DNA from: a virus
Taxonomy: Duplodnaviria; Caudoviricetes
Length of the DNA: 64,000 bases
Direction: 5' to 3' (one strand)
IMG/VR virus record: IMGVR_UViG_3300035682_000032
Location: 649-64,648 of that record
The position numbers and the translations under genes are program-made. Under the pieces are notes generated by a model. The model had not been told where the DNA came from and made no database searches. It saw only the letters and a program-made list of their open reading frames with translations. How positions within the stretch are numbered: the stretch's first letter is position 1; the number at the start of each line of letters is the position of its first letter. Positions 28,025 to 36,149 of this stretch are shown piece after piece.

Positions 28025-29236
28025 TCAGTCCTCCACATGTACATACTTGCCAACATCAGGTCGTGCGTTCGCATTACCTACGATGCACCACAACACGGGG
28101 CATGCCCACTGACCCCACGAGCCACCGAGATAGCCGTCAGTCAACACCACAACCGCTTGCGGCTTGATACCACCTTGTGTCATGTACTCAGGCACACACT
28201 CTACGTTCGTACCACCACCGCCCTCGGGCTTGGTCGAGTCAACGATGTGTTCAACTTCCACACCTGTGTACTTCTCATCAGCGCACACCGCAGTGTCCCA
28301 ATACAAGAGTCGTACGGTGTCGGGCTTGACCTGATCACAGATACCCTTGACCTCGCCCAAGAACTTAGCCAACTCGCGCCCACCGATGGAGCCCGATGTG
28401 TCGATGGCGATGACGAGTTCGCCCACCTGTTCGCTCACACCCGATGGCATGTAATAGCCCGATGACACGAACCTACGGTTGGGCCGCTTCCACGTTGAGT
28501 AGTCGTTGCCCTGACATGTTGTGGAGATGAACTCACGCAGTGCCTCGCGCCAGTCGATCTTGGTTTGCAACAAGTCATCGAACATGCGTTCCCCTCCCGA
28601 GCCGAGCTTGCCAGCCGCCAGTGCGCCTTGACGGATTGCTTCGTCGAGATCACGCGCCAACTCTTTGGTTTGCTCAGCGGTCATCTCTTGCGCCCCCTCC
28701 CAGTCGTGTTCATCGAGACCAGTTCCCGACTCGCCATCGCCTGACTCGCCATCGCCCGAGCCGCCACCTGTGCTGCCCCCGGAATCTTGTTGGTCATCCT
28801 TGAGTAACTTGTACACCTGTGCGCTGTCCATGCCGCGATACTTGGTATCGAGCAGACCGACCTTGGGCATGATGGCAAAGCCATCGCTGTTGTCATCAGT
28901 CAGCTTGATGTTGATCACGTAGTCGCATGCCGCATTCGCAAGCTGTGCGTTGTCCTCGTACAGATGACGCCACGTTGTGAGGTGACGATACAGTTTGTGG
29001 TAACACTCGTGCAACACGAGGAACCTAAGCTCTGCGTCAGTCAGTGTCTCGATGAACGCACGTCCGTACATCTCATCGCGTCCGTTGGTACATGCGGTGC
29101 GCACCTTGTCGTCCACGGAGCGTGAGCCGATCATGAGTACACCCGCGAGGGCTACATACTTGGGCGAGCCCATGATGTCCACCACCGCTTTGCTGAGGCG
29201 TTGTTCCGCAGTCAATTGTTTTCCAATCATTAACAT
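28025..29236 (-). CDS. metallopeptidase-like + VWA domain protein (DUF2201 type)
   Basis: ACTNG, LHECYH, NAACDYVIN; MIDAS motif DTSGS, GGGT, VLTDG. Confidence 0.85.
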   Translation of the reverse strand: MLMIGKQLTAEQRLSKAVVDIMGSPKYVALAGVLMIGSRSVDDKVRTACTNGRDEMYGRAFIETLTDAELRFLVLHECYHKLYRHLTTWRHLYEDNAQLANAACDYVINIKLTDDNSDGFAIMPKVGLLDTKYRGMDSAQVYKLLKDDQQDSGGSTGGGSGDGESGDGESGTGLDEHDWEGAQEMTAEQTKELARDLDEAIRQGALAAGKLGSGGERMFDDLLQTKIDWREALREFISTTCQGNDYSTWKRPNRRFVSSGYYMPSGVSEQVGELVIAIDTSGSIGGRELAKFLGEVKGICDQVKPDTVRLLYWDTAVCADEKYTGVEVEHIVDSTKPEGGGGTNVECVPEYMTQGGIKPQAVVVLTDGYLGGSWGQWACPVLWCIVGNANARPDVGKYVHVED

Positions 29237-29247
29237 GTTGTCTCTCC

Positions 29248-30342
29248 TTACTTCTTGTCAGCCGCGAACATGTAGTTGTTCGCCATTGCCCACGCTGTGA
29301 ACTTCTTGTTGGTCATGACCACAGACTGCTTGGCATACTTGGGGTTGCGCACACCGTTGGCAAACATGCCTTGGGCTTCTTTGTCGAGGCGCACCATGTA
29401 GTCCATCCACGCATCAATCCAGTCACGGTCGATGACAGACAACGAGCGATACACCACCATACATACAGCCGCCGCGCTGTCAGGCACCTTGGCATTCATT
29501 GGGTCTTTCTTGATTGACTCCAATGATGGCAACTGATCAGACAGTTTGACGAACGCCATCAAGTCCATGGCACCGCGTTCGCCGATGGTGCCCATCAGTA
29601 AAGCTGTCATAGTTTGATCGTCTACACCATCGCGGCCCTTCAACCAATCCGATGCGGCTTCGAGTGAACGAGGTGTCACGAACGCTGTGCGCTGTTGCTT
29701 GGGGTGATAGATGTACGGGTTTTGCTCAGGGTCTTTGACATCCTCGAACGAGTGGAACAACTGAGGGTTGTCCTTGCACCATCCAAGCAATGTGTGATCG
29801 ACGCCGTTGTTGACACCCCACTCAATCCATTCCATGTTAGACGGCTTGCGTGATGTGACGATGGTCATACGGTTACGTGCATGAGGCGGGAGCAGATCGC
29901 CCACACCCTCGGCACCGAGGTTGGTTGTGGCAAAGCGGAGGCTTGTCGGGTGCAGTTCGTACGAGCCGAGCTTGCCTTCGAGCAACAAGCGGAGCATCGC
30001 GTTCTTCACGGCAGGGTTTGCCTTGCCGTACTCGTCCACCATGAGGATGATCGGCTTGCTCAGGTGCAGACCCAACTCCTCGTTGGTCACGTAACGCACA
30101 TACCCTTGATCGTCAATGGTTTGCAACTGAGGGATGGTGATGTCGCCCAAGTCCTTGGTCGTGCAGTCAAAGTAGCACATGGTGTGATTCGGCAGTGCCT
30201 TGCCCAATGTCTTGAGCAGGGATGACTTGCCAGTACCCATGTGACCTTGCACGAGGATGGTGCGCTTGTTGCCACCGAGTCGGATGGCAGTCTCGATCTG
30301 ATCGAGCCCGAGAGAATACATTGCAATTGCTTGATTAGCCAT
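29248..30342 (-). CDS. AAA+ ATPase (MoxR/AAA_5-like)
   Basis: GHMGTGKS, LMVDE, ATTN, RNR, TPRS. Confidence 0.85.
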   Translation of the reverse strand: MANQAIAMYSLGLDQIETAIRLGGNKRTILVQGHMGTGKSSLLKTLGKALPNHTMCYFDCTTKDLGDITIPQLQTIDDQGYVRYVTNEELGLHLSKPIILMVDEYGKANPAVKNAMLRLLLEGKLGSYELHPTSLRFATTNLGAEGVGDLLPPHARNRMTIVTSRKPSNMEWIEWGVNNGVDHTLLGWCKDNPQLFHSFEDVKDPEQNPYIYHPKQQRTAFVTPRSLEAASDWLKGRDGVDDQTMTALLMGTIGERGAMDLMAFVKLSDQLPSLESIKKDPMNAKVPDSAAAVCMVVYRSLSVIDRDWIDAWMDYMVRLDKEAQGMFANGVRNPKYAKQSVVMTNKKFTAWAMANNYMFAADKK

Positions 30343-30381
30343 GATAAATTTTCCTGTTGAGGTTTAGGTTTAGGTTAAGTT

Positions 30382-30398
30382 GTTATACGGCGTATAAC
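30382..30398. promoter_or_regulatory. 17-bp palindrome, copy 1
   Basis: GTTATACGGCGTATAAC. Confidence 0.75.
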
Positions 30399-31286
30399 TT
30401 AGAAGCCCAGCGAGGGCAGGTTGTCGATGGTCTTGCGAACCTCGTTCACCTTGCGGCGTGTCTCAGCACGCAGGTAGGGGTCTTCACGCAGGGCATCAGG
30501 TGTGATACCGCGCATCGCTTCGTCCAAGTCGCGCTGTGCCGCCATCATCACGGGGTCGCCTGTCACGTTGCATGCACCGAGTAGCTCGATGATGTCCGTC
30601 ACGTTTGACACGAGTGAATCACGGAACACCTTGCGGGTCATGTCGTCAGCGTAGTCGAGGCGCTCTGACATCTTTGTCAGTGCATCGTGCGCTCTGCGCC
30701 ACACATCACCCATCGCGGCTTGGAGTTGGGTCGCGTAGTAACCCTCGTACTGAGAACGCAGGGCACTCTCGGTCTCGTTGCCGATGTTGACACGCCAGTC
30801 ACCCGCATCAGGCAGGGGCATGTAGTTCATCTTGAATCGAAACTTCGATGTCAGCGAGTCGGCTGTCGGGTACTCGTCAGCGTTGAACAGTGCACCGAGC
30901 TTGAGTTGGCTGTTCTGAATCTCCCATGAGTACGCATCCAAGAACGCTTGCACGAGGCGTTGGTATTCGTTCTGTAACGCTGTCATTTCTTGGTGATACT
31001 TGAAGTATTGTGTCGTTGGTAGCAGACGCAGACCTGTGTCAGACCATGGCATGGTGCATGCGTAGTGCACATTACGTGCATTGGCTGTGAACTTCTGCAC
31101 CGCATCCAATTCGGCGCAGTCACCGAGGAGCTTCTTGTGGACGTTCGCCACACCCTTGTCAGCGTTGTTCTGTGACGTGACATCTTGTGAGGCACGCTTG
31201 TCGAGCTTGCGCCCTGTCCATGTGCCGATGGATAGTTCAACGAGCATCGCGGCTGTTGAGATTGAGGGGACAGTTGTGTTTGTCAT
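30399..31286 (-). CDS. conserved phage hypothetical protein adjacent to the AAA/VWA pair
   Basis: 295-aa helical ORF (MPWSDTGLRLLP, FNADEYP). Confidence 0.7.
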   Translation of the reverse strand: MTNTTVPSISTAAMLVELSIGTWTGRKLDKRASQDVTSQNNADKGVANVHKKLLGDCAELDAVQKFTANARNVHYACTMPWSDTGLRLLPTTQYFKYHQEMTALQNEYQRLVQAFLDAYSWEIQNSQLKLGALFNADEYPTADSLTSKFRFKMNYMPLPDAGDWRVNIGNETESALRSQYEGYYATQLQAAMGDVWRRAHDALTKMSERLDYADDMTRKVFRDSLVSNVTDIIELLGACNVTGDPVMMAAQRDLDEAMRGITPDALREDPYLRAETRRKVNEVRKTIDNLPSLGF

Positions 31287-31307
31287 TTTCAGTTTCCTGT
31301 TAAGTTT

Positions 31308-31324
31308 GTTATACGGCGTATAAC
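31308..31324. promoter_or_regulatory. 17-bp palindrome, copy 2
   Basis: GTTATACGGCGTATAAC. Confidence 0.75.
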
Positions 31325-31366
31325 TTTGGGGTTAACCGACTGAGCGAATTCCCAGTCGATAAGTCT

Positions 31367-31395
31367 ATTGTACCACATGTGGGTATCTAAGTCAA
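31367..31395 (-). promoter_or_regulatory. sigma70 early promoter
   Basis: TTGACT-17 nt-TACAAT with an extended -10. Confidence 0.8.
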
Positions 31396-31415
31396 GTGTT
31401 TTGTGGTGTTTTATA

Positions 31416-31625
31416 TCAGATTGTACCTTTCTTTGTTGGTATCTCAGACTGCCAAATGCACTCGCCAATGTGCACCTTGCCCTTGGAGTCGGTGTATGTC
31501 TCACCGCATCCGCTTGCCCACTCAAGGAACATGTATGCAAAGAACGCGACCATGGCGGCACCGATGATGCCTTGAGCAAGCCAGATGACTAATGGCTTGA
31601 TGTACTGTGTCCAAAGATGTTTCAT
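31416..31625 (-). CDS. small membrane protein
   Basis: One TM segment followed by EWASGCGE...GEC; GAGGA RBS. Confidence 0.6.
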   Translation of the reverse strand: MKHLWTQYIKPLVIWLAQGIIGAAMVAFFAYMFLEWASGCGETYTDSKGKVHIGECIWQSEIPTKKGTI

Positions 31626-31870
31626 GATGTTGTCCTCTTGGGGTTGGTTTGTTTGATGAAGTCAAGGTTGTTCCCTGACACGTAGTAGTAGTTGCTTTTG
31701 GACAGTGGCACACTGGCGTGCTTGACCTTTTTGGCGGCAGTCTCACCACAGTCGAGGCATGTGGTGTAGCCGATGCGTGAACGAGCAGGGGCCACGCGCT
31801 GTGCGTAGCAACAGGTACAAACAAGTTGGTGAGCGTGATGCTCACGGGTTGACTCTCGGGATTTGCTCAT
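31622..31870 (-). CDS. TraR/DksA-type C4 zinc-finger protein
   Basis: CTCC...V...R...GYTTCLDC; AGGAG RBS. Confidence 0.6.
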   Translation of the reverse strand: MSKSRESTREHHAHQLVCTCCYAQRVAPARSRIGYTTCLDCGETAAKKVKHASVPLSKSNYYYVSGNNLDFIKQTNPKRTTS

Positions 31871-31892
31871 GTGACATAACTCCTGATAAGTT

Positions 31893-31909
31893 GTTATACG
31901 GCGTATAAC
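31893..31909. promoter_or_regulatory. 17-bp palindrome, copy 3
   Basis: TGTTATACGGCGTATAACA. Confidence 0.75.
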
Positions 31910-31959
31910 ATTGTTGGTGGTCTTGAACCCTCAAGACGCTTTATCAACCAACAGACTAT

Positions 31960-31988
31960 AGTATACCACGATGAACTGTCTATGTCAA
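31960..31988 (-). promoter_or_regulatory. sigma70 early promoter
   Basis: TTGACA-17 nt-TATACT with an extended -10. Confidence 0.85.
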
Positions 31989-32029
31989 GTGTTTCGTGAT
32001 GTTTTGTGTGAGATTATGGGGTAATGTGT

Positions 32030-32510
32030 AGTGTTCTTTAGAAAGGTAAATGTTCTTGTATTGTAGCTGTGCAAGTCCTTGATGTTCCACACTGTTCTAA
32101 AAGTACCGTCAAAAAAGACACACCCCGCCCTTTTCAAAACACGTCGCAACTTTTTAAATTCTTGGGCAAAAAAGCTGGCTGACCAATTTATACCTTCGGA
32201 CTCTTTTTCTAAAAACGAACATTACAAACAAACTATCTAATCATCTATTATCTTATTATCTAATACACAGTATATTTTCTTTTGCCTCTCGGCAGGAGTT
32301 ATCAAATGCCATCTAATGCAGTTTTATAATGTTCTTACGAAAACGAACATTGCAAGAACATTGCGGAACATTAGGGGGTAAAAACGAACATTAGGCGTTA
32401 CAAAAAACATGTTAGCCATTTGAGCAAAACGAACAATGTAAACCCAATGAAAACGAACATTAGAACAATACCTAAAAACGAACAATAGAACAAAACCAAA
32501 AACGAACAGT
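32030..32510. repeat. AT-rich non-coding region with 7 AAACGAACA direct repeats and inverted TGTTC units (candidate origin)
   Basis: AAACGAACA at 32213, 32341, 32382, 32427, 32451, 32476 and 32500. Confidence 0.6.
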
Positions 32511-32513
32511 TGA

Positions 32514-32748
32514 TACTCGCCGCCGCTTTAGGAACTGGTTTCGGGTGTTATACGGTAGATAACATGGAATATTTCGGGGTGCGAACTTGCCGGGATTGTG
32601 CGCGTAGTGTATTGCGTGGTGAGTTGTTTTGGTGTGGTCATGAGCCAGTGGCTCACGGATCGGGCGCGTGCCGCTGTATGTCGTACTCGTCGCGGCTTCA
32701 GGAACTGGCATCATTTGTTATACGGTGTATAACATCGGGAAAATTTGG
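32514..32748. repeat. two ~65-bp imperfect direct repeats, each containing a palindrome (copies 4 and 5)
   Basis: TACTCG...AGGAACTGG...GTTATACGGT..ATAACAT at 32514 and 32684. Confidence 0.7.
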
Positions 32749-32751
32749 ACG

Positions 32752-32785
32752 AAAAAAAAACCCCCGACCAAAAGGTCAGGGGTTT
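32752..32785 (-). terminator. intrinsic terminator
   Basis: Minus strand CCCCTGACC-tttt-GGTCGGGGG followed by T9. Confidence 0.8.
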
Positions 32786-32796
32786 GGGTTGATCAA

Positions 32797-33300
32797 TTAC
32801 TTGATCAGGGCTGAAGCAGACTTCAGGTATTTCACCATCTCAGTGGCTGAGAATGTTACCGCCTCAGCCTTCTCTACCTTGTCAATCCATGCTGTCAGGT
32901 CACGCTTGAGGCGCGTTGCCATGTCGCTGACCTTCTTAGCGCCTCGCTCATCGTCGGTCATCATCTCCTCTTGCTCAGCCTTGCGAACATGGCCGGTGAC
33001 CTTCACCAACTTAGCACCAGTCTGTTGCACAATCCAACGCTTGGTGACCTTCTCCTCATCGCTGAGGGATGTCGTTGGCTTTGCCATGATAGCTTGCTCA
33101 GTCTTTGTGAAGCTAAGCAAGATCACATTCTTTTTGAACGCATCGCGGTATTCTTTGTCACCGTCTAATGTGTCCGATGTCACGCCTTCAGCACGCAAGG
33201 CGTCAGCCGCTTTTAACCAACGCTTCTGAACAGCCGTATCAGCCTTCAGCGTGTCAACCACAGTAGTGATTGTCTCAGCGGATAATTTAAATGTAGCCAT
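32797..33300 (-). CDS. hypothetical protein, monocistronic first gene of the leftward arm
   Basis: AAGGA RBS, with its own promoter and terminator. Confidence 0.75.
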   Translation of the reverse strand: MATFKLSAETITTVVDTLKADTAVQKRWLKAADALRAEGVTSDTLDGDKEYRDAFKKNVILLSFTKTEQAIMAKPTTSLSDEEKVTKRWIVQQTGAKLVKVTGHVRKAEQEEMMTDDERGAKKVSDMATRLKRDLTAWIDKVEKAEAVTFSATEMVKYLKSASALIK

Positions 33301-33368
33301 GATATTTCCTTTTAGGATTTACCGGCTGAGTGCGCTACTTGTGTCCGCATTTCCCAACCGATGACTGA

Positions 33369-33397
33369 ACTTTAACATCGCATAGCATGATTGTCAA
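33369..33397 (-). promoter_or_regulatory. sigma70 promoter
   Basis: TTGACA-17 nt-TAAAGT with an extended -10. Confidence 0.7.
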
Positions 33398-33430
33398 GGA
33401 ATAGGCACGATTAGATATGATTCGATAGTT

Positions 33431-33447
33431 GTTATACGCGGTATAAC
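33431..33447. promoter_or_regulatory. 17-bp palindrome, copy 6
   Basis: GTTATACGCGGTATAAC. Confidence 0.7.
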
Positions 33448-33494
33448 ATCGCACCAAAACCCATTTGGCCCTATGGCTGACCCACCCGTACGCC

Positions 33495-33800
33495 ACCCCC
33501 CGCTGTGTGGTTAGGAGTCCCTGTGTCGCTGTAGGTATGCTATTCCACTCAAATACCCCCCACCCCCCTTAATTGGACTTGGCATACCTGTATATCCATC
33601 CAGCGCATACGGCAGACCCCCCGACCTCAAAAAGAGGTAACGCCACAAAAAAGTGAGTTAAGTCCACGTAGAGACTACCCCCTATCATGTTTATAGGATA
33701 ACTACCGGTACCTCTTCGCGGGTTACATAGGAGTACCCCCTATAACATCTTTTAGGATACCTACGTGGCAAAAACGCAGAGTTAATGTAGAACACCCCCC
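33495..33800 (+). repeat. phased array of six ACCCCC(C) motifs, ~60-bp period
   Basis: C-runs start at 33496, 33556, 33617, 33678, 33736 and 33795. Confidence 0.65.
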
Positions 33801-33810
33801 ATAGGGAAGT

Positions 33811-33838
33811 TTGACAGCCTCAAAAAATCAGTTACTAT
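33811..33838 (+). promoter_or_regulatory. rightward promoter for the late arm
   Basis: TTGACA-16 nt-TACTAT upstream of terS. Confidence 0.6.
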
Positions 33839-33868
33839 TACGTATCGGTCTACACGGACTTGCGCACA

Positions 33869-34588
33869 ATGACAATTGAACTCACGCCAGAATTCGGGGT
33901 GGAGATCATCCCAGACATTCCATACCTCGACCTGCGAGAAAGGGCCGAGGCCGCCTGCCGTTCCATCCTTCTATTAGAAGAACATGGACTGGAGGTGCAA
34001 GAACCCAACGAGGAAGATGCACAAACTGCGGCCACGCTGACGACGGCGTACGCCAGCAGCCCACACAACACAAGTAATGCCGTGTCACATGCACGTGCAT
34101 CAACGCTGACGCCTGCCTCGCTCTTGGATATTCGCTCATACCTTGACGAGTACGGCAGGGCTGTGGTCACACATGCCATTGAGGTGCGTCACACGGTGAC
34201 AAACCGGTTGCTGGAGGAGTCTCGGAACCCCGATCCACGCATCAGAATTCGTGCACTGGAGCTTTTGGGCAAACACAGCGACGTGGGCCTGTTCACCGAC
34301 AGGTCAGAAGTGACAATTACCCACCAGTCTACGGACGAGTTGAAGGCGCGGCTGCGTGCCAAGCTCCAAAGATTGATCCAAAGACCCGATCTGCCCACCG
34401 ATGCGGTGGAGATTGGTGGGGATGTGATCGACGTGGATGCAGAAATGGGCTTGAGCACCCCGAAAATGGTCGTCGAAGCGGAAATTCCACAAGAAATTGC
34501 AGAAAACGTGCAAAAACCGGCTTTATATGAGCCGGAAAACGAGTCAGAAGCAGTTTTTGGAACGCCCCGTGCGGATTTTGATGACTAA
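33869..34588 (+). CDS. terS: putative terminase small subunit
   Basis: Directly upstream of TerL; RIRALELLGKH..VGLFTDRSEV motif. Confidence 0.7.
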   Translation: MTIELTPEFGVEIIPDIPYLDLRERAEAACRSILLLEEHGLEVQEPNEEDAQTAATLTTAYASSPHNTSNAVSHARASTLTPASLLDIRSYLDEYGRAVVTHAIEVRHTVTNRLLEESRNPDPRIRIRALELLGKHSDVGLFTDRSEVTITHQSTDELKARLRAKLQRLIQRPDLPTDAVEIGGDVIDVDAEMGLSTPKMVVEAEIPQEIAENVQKPALYEPENESEAVFGTPRADFDD

Positions 34589-36140
34589 CGCCACTTCTCT
34601 GAGTGCAGAGGACTTTACGGACGAAGAAATCCGGCTGATGCTGGACAATATTGACGCCTATACCTCCGAAGAACAGGCTGAGATTGAGAAGATTGCAGAC
34701 ATCATCGACAGCCGCAAGACGGCAAAAGCATGTTTTGACGATCTGGTGGAGTTCTGTAAGCACATGCAGCCAGACTACAAGGTGGGTAAGCACCACCGCA
34801 GGTTGGCAAACCTCCTGATGGACATTGCTGTGGGTAACAAAGACCGTGTGTGCGTGAACATGCCACCACGACACGGCAAGTCGCAGATGGTGTCTATCTA
34901 TTTCCCGGCTTGGTTTCTGGGAAAATACCCGAACAAAAAGGTGCTGATGGTCTCCCACACCACAGACCTCGCCGTGGACTTTGGCCGCAAGGTCAGGAAC
35001 ATCATTGACTCAAGTGACTACAAACTCATCTTCCCCAACGTCGGACTTGCCGCAGACTCAAAAAGCGCAGGACGCTGGAGCACAAGCGCCGGTGGCGAAT
35101 ATTTCGCCTGTGGTGTCGGCTCTGCTCTGGCTGGCCGTGGTGCTGATTTGCTTCTTGTCGATGATCCTCATAACGAACAGGACATCATCAATGGAAACTT
35201 CGACGTATTCGACAAAGCCTACGAGTGGTTCACATACGGTGCCCGTACCCGTCTTATGCCGGGTGGACGAGTTGCAATTGTTCAAACCCGCTGGCACCAG
35301 AATGACCTGACAGGGCGCGTCACCGGCGACATGAGGGCCAACGAGGGCTCTGATCAGTATGAGGTGATTGAGTTCCCAGCCATCGTAGACACGGAGCAGA
35401 CAGACGGAAGCGTCGTCCAGAAACCGCTGTGGCCTGAGTTCTTCGACATGAAGGCGCTCTTGCGCACCAAGGCGTCAATGCCTACGTTCCAGTGGAACGC
35501 GCAGTACCAGCAGAACCCCACCGCAGAGGAAGCGTCCGTTGTCAAGCGTGACTGGTGGAAGCTGTGGGAGAAGGAAGACCCACCAACATGTGAATACGTG
35601 ATCATGAGTCTGGACGCGGCGGCTGAGAGCCACAACCGCGCTGACTACACAGCCCTGACAACTTGGGGTGTGTTTGTGAACGACGAGGGTGCGTACAACA
35701 TCATCCTGCTCAACTCAATTAAGAAGCGTCTGGAGTTCCCTGAACTCAAGGAGCTTGCCTACGCCGAGTACAAGGACTGGGAGCCCGATGCGTTCATCGT
35801 GGAGAAGAAGTCCGCAGGCACGCAGTTGTATCAAGAGATGCGCCGTACTGGGATTCCTGTGGGGGAGTACACCCCACACAGAGGTAGCGGAGACAAGCTG
35901 GCACGGTTAAACTCTGTAGCAGACATCGTGCGTTCTGGGCTGTGTTGGGTGCCTGACACCCGCTGGGCCGAGGAGGTCGTGGAGGAGATAGCAGGTTTTC
36001 CATTCATGAGTAACGATGACTTGGTGGACTCGACGGTCATGGCGTTGATGAGATTCCGACAGGGAGGCTTCATCCGATTGCCTTCTGATGAGCCGGATGA
36101 GATTCGATATTTCAAATCCCGCAAGGGCGGGTACTACTAA
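34581..36140 (+). CDS. terL: terminase large subunit
   Basis: MPPRHGKS, LLVDDP, QTRWH, SLDAA, FP...DDLVDS. Confidence 0.95.
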   Translation: MTNATSLSAEDFTDEEIRLMLDNIDAYTSEEQAEIEKIADIIDSRKTAKACFDDLVEFCKHMQPDYKVGKHHRRLANLLMDIAVGNKDRVCVNMPPRHGKSQMVSIYFPAWFLGKYPNKKVLMVSHTTDLAVDFGRKVRNIIDSSDYKLIFPNVGLAADSKSAGRWSTSAGGEYFACGVGSALAGRGADLLLVDDPHNEQDIINGNFDVFDKAYEWFTYGARTRLMPGGRVAIVQTRWHQNDLTGRVTGDMRANEGSDQYEVIEFPAIVDTEQTDGSVVQKPLWPEFFDMKALLRTKASMPTFQWNAQYQQNPTAEEASVVKRDWWKLWEKEDPPTCEYVIMSLDAAAESHNRADYTALTTWGVFVNDEGAYNIILLNSIKKRLEFPELKELAYAEYKDWEPDAFIVEKKSAGTQLYQEMRRTGIPVGEYTPHRGSGDKLARLNSVADIVRSGLCWVPDTRWAEEVVEEIAGFPFMSNDDLVDSTVMALMRFRQGGFIRLPSDEPDEIRYFKSRKGGYY

Positions 36141-36149
36141 GGATAGATC

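Noticed and set aside
30358-30380. TTTAGG telomere-like repeats
   Set aside because: Only 2-3 copies; on the coding strand it is an A/C-rich unstructured leader.
32510-33229. 239-aa + strand ORF
   Set aside because: Crosses repeats and a terminator and is antisense to the well-supported 32797-33300 gene.
33495-33800. CRISPR array interpretation of the 60-bp periodic region
   Set aside because: The conserved part is only ~6-10 nt, with no 23-47-nt repeat and no cas operon. The Cas4-like nuclease sits in the replication module, as is usual for phages.
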